The position numbers and the translations under genes were made by a program. Source: Dictyostelium discoideum (Eukaryota). Taken from it: DNA of 64,000 nt. The stretch covers positions 3,328,001 to 3,392,000 of the forward strand of contig CM000154.2 of the NCBI GenBank assembly GCA_000004695.1, read 5' to 3'. This document shows, one piece after another, positions 39,999 to 51,594 of this stretch (positions are counted from its first letter, which is position 1; the number at the start of each line of letters is the position of its first letter). Below the pieces are notes generated by a model that made no database searches, was not told the DNA's origin, and was given only the letters and a program-made list of their open reading frames with translations.

Positions 39999-40837
39999 AA
40001 ATTATTATTATTATTAGTATTTGAAATACTAATGTCACCAAATTCAAAAGCTTTAATTAAAACTATTAGGTTTGACATGAATTGTGTATATTGTTCTAGT
40101 GTGAATTCTTGGTCACTGAAACGAGCTTTTTCATAGGTGTCAATATAATGATTTGCATGATGTCTATCCAATTGAGGACACTGTTCCAATAAGAATTCTA
40201 CGTAATCTCTAATACAGGATTTAGGATCTTTCTTTAGGTGGGAACTATAATGAGTTGCAGCACTCTCTAAAACGATCCAACTCTTTGAAATCGATGTTTT
40301 AAAATGTACTTTACTATACTCTGAATTTGGTGGACCCCAACCTAAATGACCGATATTGGATGCGACTGAATTACCACCAATCATAGTGGGTTCAATCTTT
40401 GATTGAATTTGTTTCGATCTAACTATTTCATTTAAAATTATAGTTCTCTGTTTATTCGATAAATCACCTGGTCTTAAAAATGGCATAATCTTTCTTGGAA
40501 TTCTATCAATCATTCTATTCTTTAATCTAATTCTAACTTGTATTAATGAAAATGATAAAAATAACTATATATAGTAATTTATTAGTTAATAATTTATAGT
40601 TTTATTATTATAATAATAATAATTACATACCATTATACCAACAACAAATATAATAATTAGAAAATGTTGAAATGAAAACTTTCCAAATTCATTACTGGTA
40701 CTACTGCTACTACTATTACTACTACTATTATTATTATTTGATGTTACTTGTTCAGTTTTTGCATTAACGAATCCATTGTTTATTATTGTAAAAAATAAAA
40801 TACAACATGTAATAAATACAATTTTAAATTTATTCAT
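39899..40837 (-). CDS. Predicted single-pass membrane protein, about 274 aa, as complement(join(39899..40519, 40631..40837)).
   Basis: Exon 1 MNKFKIVFITCCILFFTIINNGFVNA has a signal or anchor. A Ser-rich tract is followed by the hydrophobic FSFQHFLIIIFVVGIM, ending at a GTATGT donor at 40630. A 111-nt intron has its acceptor AAAG at 40520-40521, in phase 0. Exon 2 reads NRMIDRIPRKIMPFLRPGDLS... with a C-terminal poly-N. No recognisable catalytic motif. Confidence 0.65.
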
Positions 40838-41166
40838 TTATAATTGAAAATTCTATAAATATATTTATATATACTTATAACACTAAATATTTTATTAAAT
40901 TACATATCTTTTAAAAAAATATTTAAATATTTTTTAAAATTATAATATAGTTGTATATATTTATATTTATATATATAAAAAGTTATAAGTTATGCATGGA
41001 GGAGTTTTAAAAATAATAAAAACAAAAAAAAAAATTTCAAATTTTTTTTTTTTTTTTATTTTTTTATTTTTTAATTTTTTTTTAATTTTCCATTTTTTTT
41101 TTTTTTTTTTCAAACAATTAAATACATATAAATATTTATACAAACACATAAAACATATAAAAAAAA

Positions 41167-41910
41167 ATGGGTGGTAAAAAATTTGGTACCAATTCAAAAG
41201 CAGAAGAAGCTCGTTCAAAGAAAGCAGAAGTTAAAAAGAATGAAAATGAAAAGAAACAAAGAGATAAAGAGGATAAAATGTGGGAAGAAACAGATACAAA
41301 AATTTTAGATAAACAAAAAAAACAAAAAGAAAAAGAGGAAAAAGCAAGAGAAGATGCAAAAAAGAAACAAGAAGCAAAAGAATTATTACAACAAGAAGAT
41401 AAAGAAATTAAAGAAAGATATGGTAAACCATCAGATACTAAAGTAACTCGTTTTGAAATTCAACAAAAGAGAGATAAAGAACAAAAACAAAGAGAAAAAG
41501 AACTTGCTTCAAGACCATCCGATCCAAGAGTTGTTGTAGTTCCAACAACAACAACAACAACAACAACTACAACTACAACTACCACTGGATCTGATGATCA
41601 TGAAGAAGAAGATTTTAACCTTGAAGAGAATATGAATCATATTTTACGTGAACAAAGATTGAAAGATGGTAAAGATGTTATTGATGCTAGAGATATTAAT
41701 GAAGCAATTGGTGCTTTATCAGGTAATGATGGAAAAGAACAACACCCAGAACGTAGAATGAAAGCTGCTTTCAATGCATATGAAGAAGAGAATTTACCAG
41801 TACTTAGAAAAGAAAATCCATCACTTCGTTTAACTCAAGTTAAACAATTGCTTTGGAAAAATTGGTTAAAAGCACCAGAGAATCCTTTCAATCAAGTTGG
41901 TTCTCAATAA
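41167..41910 (+). CDS. CCDC124/Lso2-like protein (ribosome-associated), 247 aa.
   Basis: A Lys/Glu-rich coiled-coil N-half. The C-terminal block HPERRMKAAFNAYEEENLPVLRKENPSLRLTQVKQLLWKNWLKAPENPFNQ matches the conserved CCDC124 C-terminal domain (HPERRMRAAF..F.E..LP.LK.ENP..RLSQLKQLL.K.W..SP.NP.NQ). It has an internal poly-T linker. Confidence 0.85.
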   Translation: MGGKKFGTNSKAEEARSKKAEVKKNENEKKQRDKEDKMWEETDTKILDKQKKQKEKEEKAREDAKKKQEAKELLQQEDKEIKERYGKPSDTKVTRFEIQQKRDKEQKQREKELASRPSDPRVVVVPTTTTTTTTTTTTTTGSDDHEEEDFNLEENMNHILREQRLKDGKDVIDARDINEAIGALSGNDGKEQHPERRMKAAFNAYEEENLPVLRKENPSLRLTQVKQLLWKNWLKAPENPFNQVGSQ

Positions 41911-42228
41911 TAGGGGTCAATTTTTTTTTTTTTTTTTTTAAAAAAATTAAAAATAACCCAATCACTCACATATTAATAAATTAACTAGTAGTAGGTATTA
42001 TATTATTGTTGGTCGAAAAGAGAGAAAAAATAAAGAAAAAAAATAACAGAAAAAAAACAGAAAAAAAGAAATACAAATTTTTTCATTTTCCCAACCTCTC
42101 TCTCTCTCTTTTTCTTTAATCACAACTACAACAACAACAACAACCATACATATCACTCCTCCAGGTATAATAAAAAAAAAAAAAAATAAAAAAAAAAAAA
42201 AAAATAAAATAAAATATTAATAATTAGT

Positions 42229-45200
42229 TTATTTAATTTTTATATATTTTAAAATTAAATTATACATTTCATTAAAACCTTGATTTTTAATATCATTAAT
42301 GAGTTCTTGATCAATTATTATACTATTTAATAATACATCTTTATGGTTTTCTAATAAATAATTGGAAATTAATTTACAATTCTTTGCGAATGGATTAATT
42401 TCAAAATTACCGAATAATAAATTACTAATACCTTTAGCATAATTTGAAATAATAAAATTTGTTATATCAATTCTTTCTAAAAGTATTGCCCATTTTAATA
42501 ATTTATCGATTGAAAATTCTTCTAAATCTAATTTCACCAATTCATTAATTACATCTTGAAAAGGAATTTTAAAAATACCACTTTTAAAAAATGATTTTAT
42601 AATTTCAGTTGATTGAAATTTAATTTCATGAGAAATTTTAAAAGAGTCAATATTATCTTTTAATAATGATATTGCCAATTGAGGTTCATTGATTGTTAAT
42701 AAATAACGCACACTTTTTCCATTACAAACTGGTTGAAAATAAATTTTCATTAATTCAATAACCAATAAATTAAATGAAGAATTTTTGATAAAATTAAATG
42801 AATGACCTTTATAAAAAAAGAAATGTTTTCCATAATGTGTCTTTTTTGAGAATATTGCAGATCTTGATAAATCTCTTGATGCTGGATCTTTAAGAAAAAT
42901 ATTTGATAATTTTTTATTCTTTAAATTGTAAAAGTAAAATGTATGATAGTATCCAATTGATAATGTAATGGAATTAATATCACATAATTCAATAATAAAT
43001 TCAATTTGTTGTAATGTAACATTTTTACTTTGAACTAAAAAATCAAATAGAATTTGAATCATTTCAATTGTTGTGAAATTATTAATTTCTCTTTTATCAA
43101 CTTTTTTTAATAATTGTTCAATAATTTCAATAATATCAAAAGAGTTTAAATCATTGGTTTTAATTTCACCAGTTGGAAGATTATAAATTGTAAATTCTTG
43201 ATTAAAAATTATATCTCTATCACTTGACAATGAAAAATAATTAAAAACTGTGAATGTTGTAATTTCATTTAATATATATTTAATTATTTTTAAACGATCA
43301 TTAAAATTAAAAGATTGTTTGAATAGGATTTCACAAATTATAATTGATGATTGGTTTTCAAATAAAGAGAATGCAATCTCTTTAAATGATGGGCAATTTT
43401 CAATTAATTTATCAATATTTGAAAATGAATTGAATAAACCAATAAAAAATGAACTAATACCATTTTCATTAAATAAATTTGTAAAATTAATTTCATTCAA
43501 ATAATTTAAAGTTTCATCTACCTTTTTATACATTTCCTCAGTGCATTTTCCTTGATTATCAAATGTGAAGGTTTTATTATCACCACCAATTTTAGCAAAT
43601 TTAATAATTTTCATTATTTCTTTAATACTTTCTAAATCAAAATTATTTAATAATTTTAAAAGATAATTATTGAATAATTCTTTTGGTGCATTTGGATAAT
43701 TTAATATTGCTTGTTTAACAATATCCACAGAGTTAATTACAAATGATAATGATTTGTAAAAATTTGAATAATTTGGATTATCATTATCATTTGAAGATAA
43801 TTGTGATGGTAAAAATAAATCATCCAATACTTTTAAATGATTAAATTGTGAAACAGAATCAATTTTAAAATTTGATTTTAAACCAATTAAATAATCTGAA
43901 AATTTAAATGATTTGATTGAAAAGAATAATGAGTATTCATCATCATCATCATTACCTGCATTACCATCATTATCTTCCTCTTGTTTAGATTTTAATAAAT
44001 TAATTAATTTTACCATTTGTGAAGGACAATTAAGATCAAAAGAGTATAATAATTTTGAAATTAATTTTAAAGGAAAATCAGGTACACTTTCAATTATTTC
44101 TTTTAATACATTAAATTCGCAAAATTTTAATATTGCAGATATAATGTATAACCAACCATTATATTTCATTGAAAAGTGATTATCATTTTTGAAATAAAGT
44201 TTACTAAATTCTATTACCAAGTTTGGGCTTTCAAGTAAAACTTGTTGGTTTGGGAAAAATACTAAAACTCCATTGAATCTAAAAGATGTTTCAATTAAAT
44301 ACTTTAAACCATTGATTGAAAACATTGAAAATGTATATGATACTACACTTTCACTATCGATTAAATCAAAATCATCATCATATTCACAAAGATATGAAAA
44401 ACTAAAATCTTGATGAGTTAACTCTTGTGTTAATTTTAATTTTAGAAATTTTAATTTCTCTTTTTCACATTTTAAATCTTTTATCATTTCATTAACTATT
44501 TGATCAACTTTTTTTGTATCAACCAATAAATCATTAGATTTGTAGACACATTTATATAAGAATATAAAATCATCTAAACTATAATTATTATAGTTATTTA
44601 CAACAATTGAACTTGGAAAACTCTTTTTAAAATTAATAAAACCATTAAGGAATAGTTTAATTTGTAAATCCCTATGAGCCGAGTCAAGTTTTATTATAGT
44701 TTCCAAAGGGATACTATACATTGTATCACTTATTGAATCCTCTTTTTTTGGATACAGTTCTGGATAATTATTATAAATCACCGATATAAATCCAAAATCT
44801 TCTTCTCCTTTTTCTTTTGAAAGAAATCTATATAATAATTGATTTTTTAATAAATCAATATCACTTTGTTGATTACTTTCTTTTAATGCCAAATATACAA
44901 TTTCAAAAATTTGCATTGAAGTTATATAAAATTCACTATCATATGAATTTATTTGATTAAATTGAATTGGTAATTTCATTCCAGTTTCTTCATCAATATA
45001 ATTAATGAAATATTTTAATGAAATTTCATTTTCACACTCTATTGATTGATTAATCGGATCAATTATTGAATTGATTTCTTCTTTTTTAAATTTATATAAT
45101 AATTTGATTGTATCTAAATCTTCATTACAATATTTAAAAAATTTTGATAATCCTTTTTTATCAATTCTTATATATTGATTACTAATTAATTTATCTTTTA

Positions 45201-45408
45201 ATATTGTCCATAATTTATTTTTTGAAATTAAATTCAATGATATCATATTTGAAAATTTAACTCTATTCCCAACATAATACTTTTTCATATCATCATACTC
45301 TATAACTTGTTCACCCATAACTTTAAATATTAAATTTCTAATTACAACATTTTTAAAAACTTTCCAAAATAATATTTCATTATTATCATTATTATTGTTT
45401 TTGCTCAT
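42229..45408 (-). CDS. Family member 4 (subfamily B), 1059 aa.
   Basis: N-terminus NNEILFWKVFKNVVIRNLIFKVMGEQVIEYDDMKKYYVGNRVKFSN is about 95% identical to the N-terminus of ORF 45542... The blocks NCPSFKEIAF and INYPNAPKELF are shared with it. Confidence 0.8.
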   Translation of the reverse strand: MSKNNNNDNNEILFWKVFKNVVIRNLIFKVMGEQVIEYDDMKKYYVGNRVKFSNMISLNLISKNKLWTILKDKLISNQYIRIDKKGLSKFFKYCNEDLDTIKLLYKFKKEEINSIIDPINQSIECENEISLKYFINYIDEETGMKLPIQFNQINSYDSEFYITSMQIFEIVYLALKESNQQSDIDLLKNQLLYRFLSKEKGEEDFGFISVIYNNYPELYPKKEDSISDTMYSIPLETIIKLDSAHRDLQIKLFLNGFINFKKSFPSSIVVNNYNNYSLDDFIFLYKCVYKSNDLLVDTKKVDQIVNEMIKDLKCEKEKLKFLKLKLTQELTHQDFSFSYLCEYDDDFDLIDSESVVSYTFSMFSINGLKYLIETSFRFNGVLVFFPNQQVLLESPNLVIEFSKLYFKNDNHFSMKYNGWLYIISAILKFCEFNVLKEIIESVPDFPLKLISKLLYSFDLNCPSQMVKLINLLKSKQEEDNDGNAGNDDDDEYSLFFSIKSFKFSDYLIGLKSNFKIDSVSQFNHLKVLDDLFLPSQLSSNDNDNPNYSNFYKSLSFVINSVDIVKQAILNYPNAPKELFNNYLLKLLNNFDLESIKEIMKIIKFAKIGGDNKTFTFDNQGKCTEEMYKKVDETLNYLNEINFTNLFNENGISSFFIGLFNSFSNIDKLIENCPSFKEIAFSLFENQSSIIICEILFKQSFNFNDRLKIIKYILNEITTFTVFNYFSLSSDRDIIFNQEFTIYNLPTGEIKTNDLNSFDIIEIIEQLLKKVDKREINNFTTIEMIQILFDFLVQSKNVTLQQIEFIIELCDINSITLSIGYYHTFYFYNLKNKKLSNIFLKDPASRDLSRSAIFSKKTHYGKHFFFYKGHSFNFIKNSSFNLLVIELMKIYFQPVCNGKSVRYLLTINEPQLAISLLKDNIDSFKISHEIKFQSTEIIKSFFKSGIFKIPFQDVINELVKLDLEEFSIDKLLKWAILLERIDITNFIISNYAKGISNLLFGNFEINPFAKNCKLISNYLLENHKDVLLNSIIIDQELINDIKNQGFNEMYNLILKYIKIK

Positions 45409-45430
45409 TGTTTGTTGAATTATTCTTGTT

Positions 45431-45467
<37 letters not shown>

Positions 45468-45541
45468 AAACCAGAAAAAAAAAAGAAAAAAAAAAAAAAA
45501 AATTCTTTAAAAAAAAAAAAAACTATTTTTTTTGTTTAATT

Positions 45542-48475
45542 TTATTTTATTTTTGTTTCTTTTGTGTCATATAAAGTTAAAATAAGATTCATAATATCAA
45601 GTCTTTTTTTAAGTGTTGCCCTTTCTAAAATTGAATTCTTGTGTAAAAATTTTATATTTTCTAATACATAAATTACATTTGAAATATTTGAAAACCAATG
45701 TGATTTGAACAACAATTTTATAAAATGTGAGGGTACAGAATCTTTGTTTGTTGTATTTTTTAAATATCTTTCCATTGATATTAAAGCTAATTTATCTTCA
45801 TTAATTTTAAATAAATAATCTATATTATTTTTGAAAAAATCACGAGGTTTTGATAAAATTACCAATTTTTTTAATAATTGAGATGTTGATAATTTTTCAA
45901 TTACATCAAGTGGAAATTGTCCAAAATCAAAATTTATACCACAATTATATTTATTAACCATTGAAAAAGAGGTTGTTTTTTTTGGTAAATAAAGTGAAGT
46001 TAAATAATTTGATAATTTAAAATTTTTTATGTTGAAATAATAAATGATATGATAAAATCCAATTATCAATTGTATTTTATTTGATTTACATATTTCCAAG
46101 AATAAATTAATTTGATCAAAATTTATATTTTTACATTTTACTAATTCATTAAATAAAATTTGAAAAACAATAAAGTTTGAAGATTCTTGAATGTTTATTT
46201 TTTTAATTATTTCATTTAAAACTTGAATTATTAAATTTGGATTTTCAAAATTAAAATTTATATTTATTTCACCACTTTTAAATTCAAAAAGATAGTTTGG
46301 TTCAGTTTCATATTTAATGCATAATCTTGAATTTGATGAGAGTTGATTTAAAATGAATAAAATTGATTCATATTGTTTTGATTTAATTAAATTAGTTATA
46401 ACCAATTCTAATGATTCATTTGGAAATGAATTGAAATCAATTAATTTAAAAGATGGACAATTTTCAATTAATTCTTTAAAAGAAAATGAATCGAATAATG
46501 ATTCGAAAAAAATACAAGTTAATTTTGGATTAATTTTAATGGTTGGAAATTGTAATTGATTTAAATTATTTAAAATATTTTCAACTTGAGTAATGTTGGT
46601 TAATTTTTTAAAATTAAAATTTGTATGAAATTGACAAAAAATAGGTGAATTAATATCTTGAATACCAATTATTTCTATAAATTGTTTAATTTTTTCAATA
46701 TCTAAATTATTTAATGAACCAATATATAATTTTTTACATATTACTGCTTTTTCTGCATTTGGGTAATTTATTAAACATCTTTTAATTGCTTCCATTGATT
46801 CTAATGAAAGTGATAAAACTGAATAATAATTATTTATTGCTTTTAATGTTGAAGTTGATATTGATTCTTGATCACTTGAAACATTAATAAAAAATTTTTT
46901 TTCAAAGAATTTTAAATCATCAACTTGTTGTTCTGTGTAAATTTCAAAATAAAATTCTAATGCTTTAAAGTAATTTTCTCTTTTTAAATACATTACACCT
47001 GGAATTCTTTCACTGACTTTTTGAATGATTTTAACAGTTGTTGATGGACATTTCACAGTGAAATCGTTTAATTTTTCAATTATAAATGGTAAATGAGAAT
47101 CTGGGAAAACATCTAATAATTCATTAATGATTTCAAATGGGTATTGATATGAAAAAATTAATTCACTAACTGGTTTCCAACTTGAAAACCCAATGTTTAA
47201 ATGATTATCATTTTCAAAGTAAATCTTAAAAAACTGTACTATTCTACCCTTTATTTCTTCAATTTTTGAAAGATTGCACATTACATAATGGTGTTTAGGA
47301 AATTTAAAAGAATTTTCAATTAAACAATTTAAACCATTGATTGAAAATGATGAAAATGTATATTCTGCAATAGTTGATAAATCTGTAGTTGTTTCCTTAC
47401 TAATTCTATCATCAAATTCATCAAAATAAGCTTTATAAAATATATTTTTATCATATTCTTTTGCAATTTTATATTTAATAAATTTAATTTTTTCAAATTC
47501 TATATTCTCTTTATATTTTAAACCTTCTTTTTCAACCATCTCTTCAATTAAATCATTCACTTGTTTTGTTGAAATTTTTTTATTATTATTATTATAATAA
47601 TGATTTATTTTTAAAAGGAATAAACAATCTTGATATGAAAATTGAGTGTAATTATTCAATATATAATAAATTGGTATTGTGCTTTTAACTTCTATAAATC
47701 CACTTTTAAAACATTTAGTTCTAAATTCATCACTTCCTTTATAGGTTAAAGTGAATAAACCATAACCAAGCTTTTCTTTATAATTTAATTCATTTGGTTT
47801 AATGAAAACATCTAAACAATTATCAAAAATATATGATAATAATTCCCATTCATTTTTAACAATTAATCTATTAAATACTTTAATAATATCAATTTTATTA
47901 TTATTTTTATTATTTTTATTATTATTTAATTTATTTCTTAATTCTTTATATAGTACATCAAGCATGGATATGGTGTTTATATGCTTATAGAATCCATTTT
48001 GAATTGAATCCAATGTTATTGGTAATTTCATTCCAGTTTCTTCATCAATATAATTAATGAAATATTTTAATGCAAGTTCATTTTCATTCTCTATTGATTG
48101 ATTTATTGGGTCAATGATTGAATTGATTTCTTCTTTTTTAAATTTATATAATAATTTAATTGTATCTAAATCTTCATTACAATTTTCAAAGAAACTTGAT
48201 AATCCTTTTTTATCAATTCTTATATATTGATTACTAATTAATTTATCTTTTAATATTGTCCATAATTTATTTTTTGAAATTAAGGCTAATGTCATATTTG
48301 AAAATTTAACTCTATTCCCAACATAATACTTTTTCATATCATCATACTCTATAACTTGTTCACTCATAACTTTAAATATTAAATTTCTAATTACAACATT
48401 TTTAAAAACTTTCCAAAATAATATTTCATTATTATCATTATTATTATCATTATCATTATTATTATTATTATTCAT
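45542..48475 (-). CDS. Family member 5 (subfamily B), 977 aa; tandem duplicate of the gene immediately downstream.
   Basis: Nucleotide stretches 48040-48460 and 44990-45400 are nearly identical. Internal regions have diverged. Confidence 0.8.
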   Translation of the reverse strand: MNNNNNNDNDNNNDNNEILFWKVFKNVVIRNLIFKVMSEQVIEYDDMKKYYVGNRVKFSNMTLALISKNKLWTILKDKLISNQYIRIDKKGLSSFFENCNEDLDTIKLLYKFKKEEINSIIDPINQSIENENELALKYFINYIDEETGMKLPITLDSIQNGFYKHINTISMLDVLYKELRNKLNNNKNNKNNNKIDIIKVFNRLIVKNEWELLSYIFDNCLDVFIKPNELNYKEKLGYGLFTLTYKGSDEFRTKCFKSGFIEVKSTIPIYYILNNYTQFSYQDCLFLLKINHYYNNNNKKISTKQVNDLIEEMVEKEGLKYKENIEFEKIKFIKYKIAKEYDKNIFYKAYFDEFDDRISKETTTDLSTIAEYTFSSFSINGLNCLIENSFKFPKHHYVMCNLSKIEEIKGRIVQFFKIYFENDNHLNIGFSSWKPVSELIFSYQYPFEIINELLDVFPDSHLPFIIEKLNDFTVKCPSTTVKIIQKVSERIPGVMYLKRENYFKALEFYFEIYTEQQVDDLKFFEKKFFINVSSDQESISTSTLKAINNYYSVLSLSLESMEAIKRCLINYPNAEKAVICKKLYIGSLNNLDIEKIKQFIEIIGIQDINSPIFCQFHTNFNFKKLTNITQVENILNNLNQLQFPTIKINPKLTCIFFESLFDSFSFKELIENCPSFKLIDFNSFPNESLELVITNLIKSKQYESILFILNQLSSNSRLCIKYETEPNYLFEFKSGEININFNFENPNLIIQVLNEIIKKINIQESSNFIVFQILFNELVKCKNINFDQINLFLEICKSNKIQLIIGFYHIIYYFNIKNFKLSNYLTSLYLPKKTTSFSMVNKYNCGINFDFGQFPLDVIEKLSTSQLLKKLVILSKPRDFFKNNIDYLFKINEDKLALISMERYLKNTTNKDSVPSHFIKLLFKSHWFSNISNVIYVLENIKFLHKNSILERATLKKRLDIMNLILTLYDTKETKIK

Positions 48476-48766
48476 TGTGAATTTGATTTTATTTTGTTTG
48501 GGAAATAAAAAATAAACCGCAAAACAAAAGAGTTATTTTTTATTTTTTTAAAAAAAAAGAAAAAAGAAAAAATAAAGAAAAAGATATTTTTTTTTGAAAA
48601 TATTATCAAAAAAAAATGAAAAAATAATCAATTTTAGATTTTTTTTTTTTTTTTCAAGATATTATTGTAGTTTTATTTTCAAATAAAATAAAAACAATAA
48701 TTTAATCAAACAAGAATTTAATTTAATTATTTAAAATCAATACACATTTTATTTTATTTATTTATT

Positions 48767-48773
48767 TTTTTTT

Positions 48774-48821
<48 letters not shown>

Positions 48822-48822
48822 A
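48767..48822. repeat. (TTTA)n tetranucleotide repeat of about 13 units, abutting the stop codon of the next gene.
   Basis: Read directly from the sequence. Confidence 0.85.
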
Positions 48823-49249
48823 AGGAAGAGTAGAAAATACATGGGAAAATCAATACAATTGAAATAAATATTAAACTATAGTTAATTGGTGGTAATGATG
48901 ATGGTGATGATGATGAACTAATAATACTATTTGTTGTATTCCTGAAACTACAAGTACATGATGCACTATTATATTCATTACATTTATCACCTGTTAACGT
49001 CAAAATGTCTTGTGGACAACTGGATAGTGAACTTTGTAAAAAACATACACCCGCAACTTTTGTAATTGTTGTATTTTTTGGTGATCCACACCAAATACAA
49101 CATGAACCACTTGTAAAACATGTTTCCATTGTTTCTCCATAGCATTTTGAATCATCATCAATTTCCACTGATGATGATGTTTGTTCTCCATTCGATTTTA
49201 TTATAAATATTAAAAATATAATTAGAATTATAAATTTACTTAATTTCAT
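48818..49249 (-). CDS. Small secreted Cys-rich protein with a Ser-rich stalk and a C-terminal hydrophobic GPI-anchor-type signal, 143 aa. It has ponticulin-like architecture.
   Basis: MKLSKFIILIIFLIFIIKSNG is a signal peptide. There are 13 Cys in about 90 aa. A SSSSPSS stalk precedes the C-terminal INYSLIFISIVLIFPCIFYSSF. The length and layout match the Dictyostelium ponticulin family. The assignment is by architecture, not an alignment. Confidence 0.55.
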
Positions 49250-49418
49250 TTTTTTAATATTTGTTTTATTATGTGTTAAATTTTTATTTTTTATTATAAA
49301 AATATAAAATAAAAAAAAAAATAATAAAAAAAAAAAATAAAAAATAAAAAAAGGGTTGGTGGTGTGTTTAAAAAATTAATTTTATTTAATTTAAATAAAA
49401 GTTTTTTTTGATAGTTTA

Positions 49419-49575
<157 letters not shown>

Positions 49576-49582
49576 CAAAAAT

Positions 49583-50551
<969 letters not shown>

Positions 50552-50651
50552 TTTTTGATATTAAAATATATTAAATTTATAAAAATATAATTTTTAAAAA
50601 TTAAATGAATGTAATATTGATGAAAAAAAAAATAAAAAAAAAACTTCCCCC

Positions 50652-50665
50652 ACAAGTGGGGAAAA
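50652..50665. promoter_or_regulatory. Perfect 14-bp palindrome CCCCACAAGTGGGG, flanked by oligo-A, about 100 bp upstream of the ATG at 50551.
   Basis: The reverse complement is identical. A second related G/C element, CGTCCCCATCTTTAGTGGTGGG, lies at 50687-50708. A regulatory role is inferred from the upstream position. Confidence 0.3.
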
Positions 50666-50931
50666 AAAAAAAAAAAAAAAAAAAATCGTCCCCATCTTTA
50701 GTGGTGGGAAAAAAAAAAAAATTAAAAAAAAATAAATTTATTTTTTTCACAAAAAGAAATCAGTTAAAAATATCTCATTTTCTTTTTTTTTTTTAAAAAC
50801 AATTATAAATAACAAAATATAAATAAATAATAAAAAGTTCTAAATATTTAAATTTTAATTCTAATTTTTAAAAAATGGGTTTTAATAAATAAATTTAGTT
50901 ATTAATCCTGGTTTACCCAATTTCTCTTATT

Positions 50932-50989
<58 letters not shown>

Positions 50990-51594
50990 TTTATATGTTG
51001 TTTTGAAGCGTGGGTGTGTTACAAATAATTTTTTCAATAAATATTCAATTTAACACTACACTACCACAGTTGAAAAAAAATTCATTTCATATATATAAAA
51101 ACACTATTACCCCACTACCCCAAAACATTTTAATTGAAGCAAAATGTGTTCATATAGAACAAATAAATAGCCTTATTCAATGATAACCTAAATGTATTTC
51201 ATATTTATAAATAATAATGGAAATTTTTTTAATTTACAAAAAATTCAAAAAAAATCATATTTAATAAATAAAAAAATCATTGTTGGGGTTGGAATATACT
51301 ATTTAAATTGTTTTTTTTTTGTTATTTTTTTTTTCTCTACTTTACAAATTTATTTATATATATATTTATTAAATGAATCTTTTTTTTTTTTTAATATATT
51401 AATAAAAAATTGTACAACTAAAAATTAGTAATAATATTGGAAAAAAAAAAAATAATAATTGTAATAATATAATTTTTAAAACTACCAAACAATAATAATA
51501 TTGGGAAAAAAAAAAAACCAAAAAAAAAAAAACAAAAAAGGAAATAAAATCAAACAAAGATTTTTTATTAAATCAATAATTAAAAAAAAAAAAA

